A DNA stretch of 64,000 bases from Vicinamibacterales bacterium (GCA_029940535.1 JAPYUM010000001.1:76773-140772); one strand, 5' to 3'; shown: positions 28,393-37,285, numbered from the stretch's first letter. Numbers and translations: made by a program. The notes: generated by a model not told the origin, from the letters alone.

Positions 28393-29400
28393 TCAGGACC
28401 GGACCCCGGCGTGACCGACCTCTGTGGCTCCGTCGACATTGGCATGGAGACCACACTCCGTCTTGGCGGTACCCCGCCAGCGGCCGGCGCGATCGTCTTC
28501 GCCAGCGTTCACGCGGCTCGTGCAGGGCAGACAGCCGACGCTCGGGTAGCCGAGGTCGTGAAGCGGATTGTATGGCACGTCGTGCTCGAGCAGGTGGGCC
28601 CACACGTTTCTCGTTGTCCAGCGGACCAGTGGATTCACCTTGGCGAGTCCGAATTTCTCGTCCCACTCGACCGGCCGCGCGTCGGCGCGACGGTCTGTCT
28701 GGTCGCGACGTATGGCGGTAATCCAGCCGTCGAACTGGCTCAGTTGCGCCACCAGCGGGGTGACCTTGCGCATGTCGCAGCATCGATCCGGCTCGCGCGC
28801 CCACAGTTCCGGGCCATGCACGGCTGCCTGCTGTTCGACCGACAGTTCGGGGCCCACGCGGCGTATGGTGATGCCATAGCGGGTCTCGAGCCGCTTCCAC
28901 AGGTCGTAGGTCTCCGGAAAGAGGAGGCCCGTGTCCAGCGTGAAGATGTCGACGGGAAGACGGTGCCGCCCGACCATGTCGATCAGGGCACATCCTTCGG
29001 CTCCGAAACCGGTGGCGAAGGTCAGTCGGGGGCCGTATCTGTCGGTCGCCCACCGCAGAATCTCGAGCGGCGTGTCGGTTTCCAGCACGCGGCCGGCTTC
29101 AGCCACGGCCGTCGGGTCTGGACTGGTGAGAGTGTCGGTCATTCCGGTTGGTGAGGCCAGCGCGGGTACGCCGGTCGGATGGGAGCCGGCAATCGGTTTT
29201 CGCCCCACGTTCAACCGGTTCCACAGCCGCTCATGGAAGTAATACAGCACCATCTTGCTCGCCGCTTCCAGGAGCCCGATGGTGACCGCGAGGTCGGTGC
29301 GACCGGTGAAGGCGTACACCAGGAGCGTGGTGGTCAGCGTAGCCAGGACGCGCCACGAGACTGCCTTGATCATCGAGCGCGCTGCTGATTCTTCGAACAT
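28393..29400 (-). CDS. cysH: Fusion of a DUF2061-like membrane domain with Fe-S-type adenylylsulfate (APS) reductase
   Basis: 335 aa from ATG 29400 (SD GAGGAGAAGG upstream). The N-terminal ~90 aa (KAVSWRVLATLTTTLLVYAFTG...KMVLYYFHERLWNRL) match my recollection of DUF2061. The C-terminal CysH domain has CC (DRCCDMRKV) and CxxC (GCLPCT) cluster ligands and the catalytic ECGLH. Confidence 0.85.
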   Translation of the reverse strand: MFEESAARSMIKAVSWRVLATLTTTLLVYAFTGRTDLAVTIGLLEAASKMVLYYFHERLWNRLNVGRKPIAGSHPTGVPALASPTGMTDTLTSPDPTAVAEAGRVLETDTPLEILRWATDRYGPRLTFATGFGAEGCALIDMVGRHRLPVDIFTLDTGLLFPETYDLWKRLETRYGITIRRVGPELSVEQQAAVHGPELWAREPDRCCDMRKVTPLVAQLSQFDGWITAIRRDQTDRRADARPVEWDEKFGLAKVNPLVRWTTRNVWAHLLEHDVPYNPLHDLGYPSVGCLPCTSRVNAGEDDRAGRWRGTAKTECGLHANVDGATEVGHAGVRS

Positions 29401-29449
29401 CGTGCCTTCTCCTCGCCCGTGCGACGGAGTCAAAAGTCGCGGTCCACAC

Positions 29450-29482
29450 AAAAAAAGCCCGAGAGCGTGTGGCTCCCGGGCT
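29450..29482 (-). terminator. Intrinsic terminator inside the cysH leader (attenuator terminator)
   Basis: Minus-strand RNA reads AGCCCGGGAGC-CACAC-GCUCUCGGGCU followed by U7. The single non-Watson-Crick pair is G-U on the minus-strand RNA but A-C on the plus strand, so the structure is strand-specific. It ends 45 nt before the cysH ATG, and no upstream minus-strand gene needs terminating. Confidence 0.65.
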
Positions 29483-29506
29483 TCGGTCATTCGCGTTTTG
29501 ATATTT

Positions 29507-29605
29507 TCAGTCTTTTACAGACGTCACGCGCGGCACGACCGTCAGCTCGGGGGCCCAGAGGACCACCGGACAACAGCAACATCGACAGGCAGCGCGTGTG
29601 TGCAT
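29507..29605 (-). CDS. Cysteine-rich leader peptide (32 aa), putative attenuator sORF
   Basis: ATG 29605..29603 to TGA 29509..29507 gives MHTRAACRCCCCPVVLWAPELTVVPRVTSVKD. Codons 7-12 are TGT CGA TGT TGC TGT TGT. Too short for the ORF track. There is an in-frame GTG two codons upstream, and the SD is weak. Confidence 0.55.
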   Translation of the reverse strand: MHTRAACRCCCCPVVLWAPELTVVPRVTSVKD

Positions 29606-29619
29606 CGTCACGTTCTCTT

Positions 29620-29649
29620 ATCTTCGTCCACCGAGTGAGTATGCGTCAA
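29620..29649 (-). promoter_or_regulatory. Possible promoter for the cys leader
   Basis: TTGACG (29649..29644), 18-nt spacer, GAAGAT (29625..29620). This would give a very short or nearly leaderless 5' end for the sORF. Weak -10. Confidence 0.2.
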
Positions 29650-29729
29650 GCTGGGCCGGGACGGCGTCCAATTCTTCACGCCGCGGGCGGTGCGAACGGC
29701 GCTTGACGAACTGGTACACTGCGCTCGCG

Positions 29730-30503
<774 letters not shown>

Positions 30504-30616
30504 ACGGCACTGTCAACGGTGGGCGCCGGCCTGGCGTGTGGGGTCCCGGTTTCTCGCGTGCTGCGGCGTGGCACGGACCCTGCGGTCCGTTCGTCGTGGC
30601 GTTGGGGTCGACGACG

Positions 30617-30903
30617 TATCAGCCGCGGCAGCCTGCGCAGACGGTCTTGCATCAGGTGGTGCGCGACCACCTCGAGACGTTCCTGACGCCGGCGGCCACC
30701 TTGCGGGACGGCGAGGGCGTGCCCGGGTGTTCATAGAAGAGGAGTTCCGTCGTTTTCTCCGGTGTGGCGCGCTCGGCGGTGGCTTCACCCGGTTCCGGTG
30801 CTCCGGGTGCGGCTTCGACCGGCTGGTGCCGTTCTCGTGTCGAGGGCGCGGGTTCTGCCAGAACTGCCGCGGCCGCCGCATGGTCGAGCGGGCGGCACAC
30901 CTG
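30617..30903 (+). pseudogene. IS91-family transposase N-terminal (Zn-binding domain) fragment, frameshifted and truncated
   Basis: Frame 1 reads YQPRQPAQTVLHQVVRDHLETFL...GEGVP. Frame 2 reads FIEEEFRRFLRCGALGGGFTRFRCSGCGFDRLVPFSCRGRGFCQNCRGRRMVERAAHL. This is the Zn_Tnp_IS91 pattern; the catalytic part is absent. Confidence 0.6.
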
Positions 30904-31232
30904 CCTCAATCACCGCTCCACAAATCCGCCGGTGCCCCCGAAAATCGACCTGTTGCGCTCAGCTGGGTCCGATAGTGAGCGTGATGATAACCGGCACAGC
31001 GGGGGGATCCGAACCCCGGGGGCGCTCTAATGTGTCCTATGTTCTCTGTGATGTTCCTTCTTATAGAAATTGGATATTTACGGAATCATTGAAACTTCCT
31101 CCTCCAACGGGCGAGTATGCGAATGTCAACGCAAAATACCATCTGAAGGCTTTACAGTGACACGCACAGTGCCCGTTACTGGCGCGGACGGAGTGGCGGC
31201 GGCGGCACGTAGTAGGTGTGCATCACCGTGTT

Positions 31233-31319
31233 GCGGACGCCGAAGCCGACTGAAAGTCCCTCAACGCCGACGAGCGCGGCGATGCGGCGCCGATTCAACT
31301 GGCCGAGTTTCGGAAACTC
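31233..31319 (-). mobile_element. IS110-family transposase C-terminal fragment
   Basis: EFPKLGQLNRRRIAALVGV... resembles the conserved ELPELG.L.RKQIAALVGVAP segment of IS110 transposases. The rest of the gene is absent. Confidence 0.4.
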
Positions 31320-31615
31320 AGGTGTCGTCATCTCTGTATCTCCACCGGACGGCCCTGACGACCTGTCCAACTTCGCGGATGTGGGGTGGGCCCCACGCAA
31401 CTGTTCGGACTCCACTCATCGGACGGACGACGCTCACGCTATCGTTCGGTCTGGGTGACCATAGGACGGTCGAGCGTTGTCCGTCCCCGTCCGTTTCGTG
31501 GTTCACTGTAGCCACGACCTCACTACTTGGGAAGGTACAAGGACGGATTAGACACCCCAGTTGACAGAAGGCCGACCCGCGTCGCCACCCGCACCTTCCC
31601 GCGACAGCGCAGCGA

Positions 31616-31744
31616 CTCGGCCAGCAGCTTCTTGAGCCGCGCGTTCTCGGTCGTCAGCTCCTTGAGCGCCGGGAGGCCGAGACCGGCCTGCCCATCAAGC
31701 AACTCTGCCGGAAGCACGGGTTCTCGGAGGCGAGCTACTACCGG
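31616..31744. mobile_element. Two IS3-family OrfA fragments in opposite orientations
   Basis: Minus strand 31666..31616 encodes LKELTTENARLKKLLAE (the OrfA leucine-zipper segment). Plus strand 31694..31744 encodes IKQLCRKHGFSEASYYR (the OrfA HTH segment). Order and orientation are incompatible with an intact gene. Confidence 0.45.
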
Positions 31745-31890
31745 CGATCTGGGAGTCCGCAAGGCTCCGCCGAGAACGGGAAACTCCGACCCCCAAACAA
31801 GCGATGCTGGTCGCGGAGAAGTGGCGCCCGTGGCGATCCTACGGCGTGTTGTATCTCTGGATGACGGAAGGACAGGAGGTCACGAAATGA
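31744..31890 (+). pseudogene. 3' remnant of an HhH-GPD DNA glycosylase (AlkA-like), truncated at its 5' side by the IS3 fragment
   Basis: This frame reads ...ARLRRERETPTPKQAMLVAEKWRPWRSYGVLYLWMTEGQEVTK*, where the WRPWRSY..YLW tail is typical of AlkA-type glycosylases. Its TGA overlaps the ogt ATG (ATGA). Confidence 0.5.
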
Positions 31891-32465
31891 AGATTCGGTG
31901 GGCACGAATGGAGACGCCGGTCGGGCCGATCGTCGTCGCGTGGAGCGTGCATGCCGTCGTGTTCCTGGACATGGAAGCCATTGTGGAACGACAAAGCTGG
32001 AAGACGCGAATGGTTCGCGAAGAACCGGAAGCGCGCATGAAATCCTCGCTCGAGAAGAGATTCGGGGGCGTCGAACTGATCCCGGCCTCGAGCACCGCCG
32101 GCCCCATGCAAAAACTCGCGCGATACTTCGCAGGAGACGTGGCCGCCCTCGATGCGATCGCCGTAAACACTGCCGGTACGCCTTTCCAGGAGAAGATCTG
32201 GAAGGGACTCCGAAGAATACCCGCCGGCAAGACGCTGACCTACGGCGAGATCGCGACGAAGGCAGGCAGACCGGGCGCGGCTCGCGGAGCCGGCGGGGCA
32301 GTGGGCAGTAATCCGATCGCGATCATCATTCCGTGCCATCGCATCATCGGGGCGAACGAACGACTGACGGGGTTTGGGGGAGGTCTCGTGCGGAAGCGAT
32401 GGCTGCTGCGCCACGAGGGGGCCACGTTCCGCGATGATTCCCCGAAACAGCTTCAACTTCTCTAG
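31887..32465 (+). CDS. ogt: Methylated-DNA--protein-cysteine methyltransferase
   Basis: 192 aa from ATG 31887 (AGGAGG at 31874..31879). Motifs TYGEIA and active site NPIAIIIPCHRII. The ORF-track N-terminal 120 aa is rejected. Confidence 0.85.
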   Translation: MKIRWARMETPVGPIVVAWSVHAVVFLDMEAIVERQSWKTRMVREEPEARMKSSLEKRFGGVELIPASSTAGPMQKLARYFAGDVAALDAIAVNTAGTPFQEKIWKGLRRIPAGKTLTYGEIATKAGRPGAARGAGGAVGSNPIAIIIPCHRIIGANERLTGFGGGLVRKRWLLRHEGATFRDDSPKQLQLL

Positions 32466-32693
32466 GTCGCCTCCTCGATGGGAACTCGGGGCGTTGCACT
32501 TAGTTTCTGAATTCGCCCCTCGAAAGGGAACCGATCGCGAAACCGACCGGCGTTGCCTGGAGGCGACCGTAGGTCTTTTCACACGCCTGCGTAGTCGAGC
32601 ACGTCGAGCTTCCGAGCGGCAACTCTGGCGAGAACGTTTTCCATCAGGATCCACTCGCGAACGCGGCGACTGGATGCCGCGTCCCAGAAACCC

Positions 32694-33971
32694 TCAGACG
32701 ATCATTCCTGCCGCTACGGCCTCGTTTGTCTGCTCGTCGATCAGGACGAAACTGCCAGTCGTGCGATTGCGGTTATAACGATCGTAGAAGAGCGGCGCCG
32801 ACGTGCGCAGCGAGATGCGGCCGATCTCGTTCAGGCCAAATTCGGGGTCGCCCTCGATCTTGTGCAGCGTGTTGATGTCGACCTTGAAGCGGATGTCCCG
32901 TACGACGGCCCGGACCTCCTTGGTCGTGTGACGGAGCGCATACTTGCCTCTCGACACCAGAGGGCGCTCTGAAAACCAACAGATCATCGCCTCGATATCC
33001 TGGTCGACCCGGGGTGGGTTGTTCGGCTTGACGATCATGTCGCCCCGGCTGATGTCGATGTCGTCATCCAGCGTGATCGTGACGGACAGTGGGCTGAACG
33101 CCTCCTCGATCTGGCCGTCGAAGGTCTCGATAGCCGACACGTGGGTGGCGAACCCGCTCGGTAGAACCAGCACCTCGTCGCCCGGTTTGAAGACCCCGCC
33201 AGCGACCCGCCCCGCGTAGCCGCGAAAGTCTGGATGCGTGTCCGATTGCGGCCGGATCACCCACTGGACGGGGAAGCGCGCGTCCACGTGGTTTTCCTCG
33301 GACCCGACGTACACCGTTTCGAGGTGATGAAGCAGAGTGGGACCGCCGTACCATGGCATCTGGTCCGACGTGGCGACGACGTTGTCCCCGCGCAGGGCGC
33401 TGATCGGGATGAACGTGATTTCGACGATGTTGTCCAGGCGCGACGCGAAATCCTGGAACTCGGCGACGATCGCCTCGTATGTTTCCTCCTGGTAGTCCAC
33501 CAGATCCATCTTGTTCACCGCCACCACGGCATGCTGAATACGAAGCAGGTTGGCAATGAAGGCGTGACGGCAGGTCTGTTCGATCACGCCCTTCCTCGCG
33601 TCAATCAGGATGATGGCGAGGCTGGCGGTCGATGCACCCGTCACCATGTTGCGCGTGTACTGCATGTGTCCCGGGGTGTCGGCGATGATGAACTTGCGTC
33701 GCGGCGTCGCGAAGTAGCGGTAGGCCACGTCGATGGTGATCCCCTGCTCGCGCTCGGCGCGCAGGCCATCGGTCAGCAACGCGAGGTTGAGGTGCTCGTC
33801 GCCGCGCTTGCGGCTCGACTCCTCCATCGCCTCGAGCTGGTCTTCGAAGATGCTCTTGCTGTCGTACAGCAGCCGCCCGATCAGGGTGCTTTTTCCGTCG
33901 TCGACACTGCCCGCGGTCGTGAACCGCAGCAGATCCATTTCCATGTAACCCGCGCTCTCGCTCGTGGACAC
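32694..33971 (-). CDS. cysN: Sulfate adenylyltransferase subunit 1 (GTPase)
   Basis: 425 aa. G-domain motifs GSVDDGKST, DTPGH and NKMD, plus EF-Tu-like domains. No fused APS kinase domain. Confidence 0.9.
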   Translation of the reverse strand: MSTSESAGYMEMDLLRFTTAGSVDDGKSTLIGRLLYDSKSIFEDQLEAMEESSRKRGDEHLNLALLTDGLRAEREQGITIDVAYRYFATPRRKFIIADTPGHMQYTRNMVTGASTASLAIILIDARKGVIEQTCRHAFIANLLRIQHAVVAVNKMDLVDYQEETYEAIVAEFQDFASRLDNIVEITFIPISALRGDNVVATSDQMPWYGGPTLLHHLETVYVGSEENHVDARFPVQWVIRPQSDTHPDFRGYAGRVAGGVFKPGDEVLVLPSGFATHVSAIETFDGQIEEAFSPLSVTITLDDDIDISRGDMIVKPNNPPRVDQDIEAMICWFSERPLVSRGKYALRHTTKEVRAVVRDIRFKVDINTLHKIEGDPEFGLNEIGRISLRTSAPLFYDRYNRNRTTGSFVLIDEQTNEAVAAGMIV

Positions 33972-34876
33972 TAGAAATAGCCTTCCTTCTTGCGATCCTC
34001 CATGGCGGACTCCGAGCGCTTGTCGTCCGAGCGCGTCCCACGCTCGGTTTCGCGAGCGGCGGCGACTTCCGCGATGATGTCGTCCAGTGAGGTCGCGGCT
34101 GAGTCCACCCCGCCGGTACAGGTCATGTCGCCGATGGTGCGGAACCGGACGGTTCGTTCTTCTGAGGTTTCGTCCGGCTGGACCCGCACCACATCAGACA
34201 CTGCCAGCAAAGACCCGTGGCGATCGACGACTTCGCGCCGGTGCGAGAAATAGAGGCTCGGGAGGTCGATCGCCTCGTGTTTGATGTATTGCCAGACGTC
34301 CATTTCCGTCCAATTGCTCAGAGGGAAGACGCGGAAGTGCTCCCCATGGTGATGCCGTCCGTTGAACAGGTTCCACAATTCGGGACGTTGTCCCTTGGGA
34401 TCCCACTCCCCGAAGTCGTTGCGGTGGGAGAAGAACCGCTCTTTGGCACGAGCCTTTTCCTCGTCTCGTCGACCGCCGCCGAGCGCGGCGTCGAACTGGT
34501 GGGTCTCGATGGCGTCGAGCAGCGTCACGGTCTGCAGCTTGTTGCGGCTCGCATGAATGCCCTGCTCCTCGACGACCCGGCCCTTGTCGATGGAGTCCTG
34601 CACATACGCCACGACGAGGCTGGCGCCGATCTCCTTCACGAAGCGGTCGCGGAACTCGATGGTCTCGGGAAAATTGTGGCCGGTGTCCACGTGGAGCAAC
34701 ATGAACGGGATGCGCGCCGGGTGGAAAGCCTTTCGGGCCAGATGCGCCATGACGATGGAGTCTTTGCCACCAGAAAACAGGAGTGCCGGGCGATCGAACT
34801 GAGCCGCGGTCTCCCGCAACACGAAGATCGCTTCAGACTCCAACTGCCGGACGTGGTTGAGCTTGTAGGACCGCAT
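33971..34876 (-). CDS. cysD: Sulfate adenylyltransferase subunit 2
   Basis: 301 aa. PAPS-reductase/ATP-PPase fold (LLFSGGKDS) with a conserved CysD C-terminus. 1-nt overlap with cysN. Confidence 0.9.
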   Translation of the reverse strand: MRSYKLNHVRQLESEAIFVLRETAAQFDRPALLFSGGKDSIVMAHLARKAFHPARIPFMLLHVDTGHNFPETIEFRDRFVKEIGASLVVAYVQDSIDKGRVVEEQGIHASRNKLQTVTLLDAIETHQFDAALGGGRRDEEKARAKERFFSHRNDFGEWDPKGQRPELWNLFNGRHHHGEHFRVFPLSNWTEMDVWQYIKHEAIDLPSLYFSHRREVVDRHGSLLAVSDVVRVQPDETSEERTVRFRTIGDMTCTGGVDSAATSLDDIIAEVAAARETERGTRSDDKRSESAMEDRKKEGYF

Positions 34877-34915
34877 GTGGACTATGTCGATGAGAGTCCG
34901 AGCCGGAATCCCAGT

Positions 34916-35551
34916 CTATTTTTCGCCGGGTCGCGAGTCTCGCGGGTCGATCAGGGGGCGCACGATCTGATACAGCGTATCGGTTGAATCTTCGACGGTC
35001 GTGTGCTCGGTATCGATGACGACGACGTCGCCGACGTCTGCGTCAGGTTCTTCGAAGAGGGAATCTCTTCCCGTGAAATCCTTCACGCCTCCGGCCTTCG
35101 CCTTCGCATACAGTCCCTTGACGTCGCGGGCGGCGCAGGCGGCGAATGAGGCCTTCACGTAGATTTCCCGGAAGTCCGGAGCTCCGACGATGTCGCGCGC
35201 CATGGCCCGCAGCTCCCGCGTCGGCGTGATAAACGCGGCAAGCGTGACGATTCCGGTTTCGGCGAAGAGCTTGGCCACCTCGCTGATGCGCCGGATGTTC
35301 TCGAGGCGGTCCGCGTCCGAGAAACCGAGCCCGCGACTGAGGCCAGTGCGAATGTTGTCGCCGTCCAGCAGGCGCGTGAGGACGCCTTCTCCATGCAAAC
35401 GCCTTTCCAGGGCGTGGGCCAGGGTGCTCTTTCCTGAACCAGACAGGCCATACAGCCAGAAGACTCGACCACGCTGGCCGAGGACGTGTTCCTTGGCCTC
35501 GCGCCCCAACATGCGATGAAACTCGGGGTGTATGTCGTCGTCACGAGGCAT
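34916..35551 (-). CDS. cysC: Adenylylsulfate (APS) kinase
   Basis: 211 aa from ATG 35551. P-loop GLSGSGKSTLA, LDGDNIR and FISP-like FITP motifs. Confidence 0.85.
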   Translation of the reverse strand: MPRDDDIHPEFHRMLGREAKEHVLGQRGRVFWLYGLSGSGKSTLAHALERRLHGEGVLTRLLDGDNIRTGLSRGLGFSDADRLENIRRISEVAKLFAETGIVTLAAFITPTRELRAMARDIVGAPDFREIYVKASFAACAARDVKGLYAKAKAGGVKDFTGRDSLFEEPDADVGDVVVIDTEHTTVEDSTDTLYQIVRPLIDPRDSRPGEK

Positions 35552-35593
35552 GGAACTAGCTATCATAACGCCCGAACGTCCGGCGGATGCCGC

Positions 35594-35618
35594 GGCGCCT
35601 CGTCGGAAAACCCAGGAG
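35594..35618 (+). promoter_or_regulatory. Shared 5' UTR module, copy 1 (GGCGCCTCGTCGGAAAACC-C-AGGAG)
   Basis: 24 of 25 nt identical to 37286..37310. Contains the SD and lies 9 nt upstream of GTG 35628. Confidence 0.5.
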
Positions 35619-35627
35619 TGCCAGACC

Positions 35628-36230
35628 GTGATCAGTTCTGCCGATCGATTCCAGCGCGCGGTTGACCGGTTCGACGCCGCGAACGCCGAGGACCCCAACG
35701 ACGACCTAGTCAACGGTGTCGCGCAGCCGCGAGAGCTGGTCTACGCGCGCCGGATGACCGCCTGTCTGGACCGGTATCGCCCGGACGCCCCCGAGCCGGT
35801 GCGCCTCGCGGCCCGGTGTCAGCACATTCGTCGCTGGACCAGCGCCCGGGCCGACTACGCCGACGGACGGGACGGCTATCGGCAGTGGCGCACGGAGTTG
35901 GCCCGGTTTCATGCGTCGACGGCCGCCGCCATTCTTCGAGACGTCGGCTACGACGATGCGGTGGTCGCGCGAGTCGAGTCGCTCCTGCGGAAGGAGCAGC
36001 TCAAGGCCGACCCGGACGTGCAGCTGCTCGAGGACGTTATCTGCCTCGTGTTCCTCGCCCACTATCTCGCCGACTTCGTATCCAAGCACGACGACGATAC
36101 GCTGTTGGGCGTGTTGGCCAAGACCTGGCGAAAGATGTCCGACGAGGGGCGTCTGGCCGCCCTCGCGCTCGACTTGCCGGCCGCCCCGCGCGCCTTGGTC
36201 GAACGGGCGGTGAGGCTCACCAGTCGCTGA
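35628..36230 (+). CDS. Hypothetical protein (resembles the family I recall as DUF4202)
   Basis: 200 aa from GTG 35628. Conserved-looking core CQHIRRWTSARADYADGRDGYRQWRTELARFHA. Divergent from cysC. Confidence 0.5.
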   Translation: MISSADRFQRAVDRFDAANAEDPNDDLVNGVAQPRELVYARRMTACLDRYRPDAPEPVRLAARCQHIRRWTSARADYADGRDGYRQWRTELARFHASTAAAILRDVGYDDAVVARVESLLRKEQLKADPDVQLLEDVICLVFLAHYLADFVSKHDDDTLLGVLAKTWRKMSDEGRLAALALDLPAAPRALVERAVRLTSR

Positions 36231-36249
36231 GTCTGCGCGACCGACCCCG

Positions 36250-37209
36250 TCACGATGCCTGAGAGGGGGGCGTGGGAGGTGGCGCGTCGTCGGCGGGCGA
36301 TCGGCTCCACCACGCCGCGGCCAGACTGCCGATGAGCGAGTGTGCGACGGTGGAGATCGCGCTGGGGATGGCGACCAGCGGGTTCGCGAAGTTACCGCGG
36401 GCCAGCACGACGCCGAGACCCGAGTTTTGCATCCCGACCTCGATGGCGACGGTGCGCGCGCCGGTTTCTCGCCCCAGCGCGACCTTGCCGGCGAGATAGC
36501 CGAACAGAAACCCGAAGAGATGCAGGCCAAACACCGCGACCAGCAGTCGAAGGCCAGCCTCCAGGATCTGCTCTCGTCCGGCACCAACGACCGAGGCGAC
36601 GATCAGGGTGATGGTGAGCATGGCCACCAGGGGGGCGACTGGCAACACCAGTTCGATGACACGAGGAAAGCGCCACTTGAGCAGCGCGCCTGCTACCACC
36701 GGCAGCACCACCACCTGTACCGTGTCGAGAAAGAGGCCAGTAGCGGAGACGTCGATGCGGTTGCCGGCCAGGAGCGCGGTCAACGTCGGGGTCATCAGGG
36801 CCGCGAGTAGCGTAGACAGGACCGTCATGGTGACCGACAGGGCCACGTCCGCCTTCGCCAGATAGGAAATGACGTTCGACGCGGTGCCGCCGGGACAGCA
36901 GGACAGCAGGACGAGCCCGACCGCGAACGGCGTGGGTAAGGCCAGGAGATAGCCGAGGCTCCATCCCAGCGCCGGCATCACCGTATATTGCAGAAGCACA
37001 CCGGGGAGCACGCGGCTCCGCTCTCTCCCGATGCGTCGGAAATCGTCAAAACCGAGCGTCATCCCCATGCTGAGCATGATGATGCCCAAGCCGACGGTGA
37101 TGAGTGAGCCGCTGAACCACGTGAAGAGTGTGGGGCGAACCAGCGCCAACGCGCCGCAGATGAGCACCCAGAACGGAAATGCTTCGGTGAGAAACGCGAG
37201 TATTCGCAA
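36250..37209 (-). CDS. Bile acid:sodium symporter (BASS) family transporter
   Basis: 319 aa, about 9-10 TM segments. Motifs GLVLLSCCPGGTASN and EVGMQNSGLG are typical of BASS/ACR3-like carriers. Confidence 0.8.
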   Translation of the reverse strand: MRILAFLTEAFPFWVLICGALALVRPTLFTWFSGSLITVGLGIIMLSMGMTLGFDDFRRIGRERSRVLPGVLLQYTVMPALGWSLGYLLALPTPFAVGLVLLSCCPGGTASNVISYLAKADVALSVTMTVLSTLLAALMTPTLTALLAGNRIDVSATGLFLDTVQVVVLPVVAGALLKWRFPRVIELVLPVAPLVAMLTITLIVASVVGAGREQILEAGLRLLVAVFGLHLFGFLFGYLAGKVALGRETGARTVAIEVGMQNSGLGVVLARGNFANPLVAIPSAISTVAHSLIGSLAAAWWSRSPADDAPPPTPPSQAS

Positions 37210-37285
37210 GACCGGTCACATTGTATAGCGCGGCACGGTCCTGCCCGCCCCACGCCTCCGACCGACGAAGCAACGCCGCCAGACG

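Noticed and set aside
29401-29650. Known riboswitch (SAM-I, SAM-II or SAM/SAH) as the explanation for the cysH leader
   Set aside because: No conserved riboswitch core sequences that I know are present. The Cys-codon run in a translatable sORF fits leader-peptide attenuation better.
29598-29729. N-terminal extension of the cysQ ORF (start 29598)
   Set aside because: CysQ homology begins at MVTIEAVNEIA (ATG 29730). The extension is junk-like and overlaps the opposite-strand Cys leader.
30993-31032. tRNA-like T-arm/acceptor fragment on the minus strand (GGGGTTCGGATCCCC + CGCTGTGC)
   Set aside because: The T-stem has only 4 bp, A58 is replaced, and there is no matching D or anticodon arm and no 5' acceptor strand. 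It is not a tRNA gene and is kept only as a possible att remnant in the mobile-element finding.
31527-31886. First 120 aa of the 312-aa ORF that contains ogt
   Set aside because: It is Ser/Arg/Pro-rich and overlaps IS3 fragments. ogt has its own AGGAGG plus ATG at 31887, and a different frame here encodes the AlkA-like tail.
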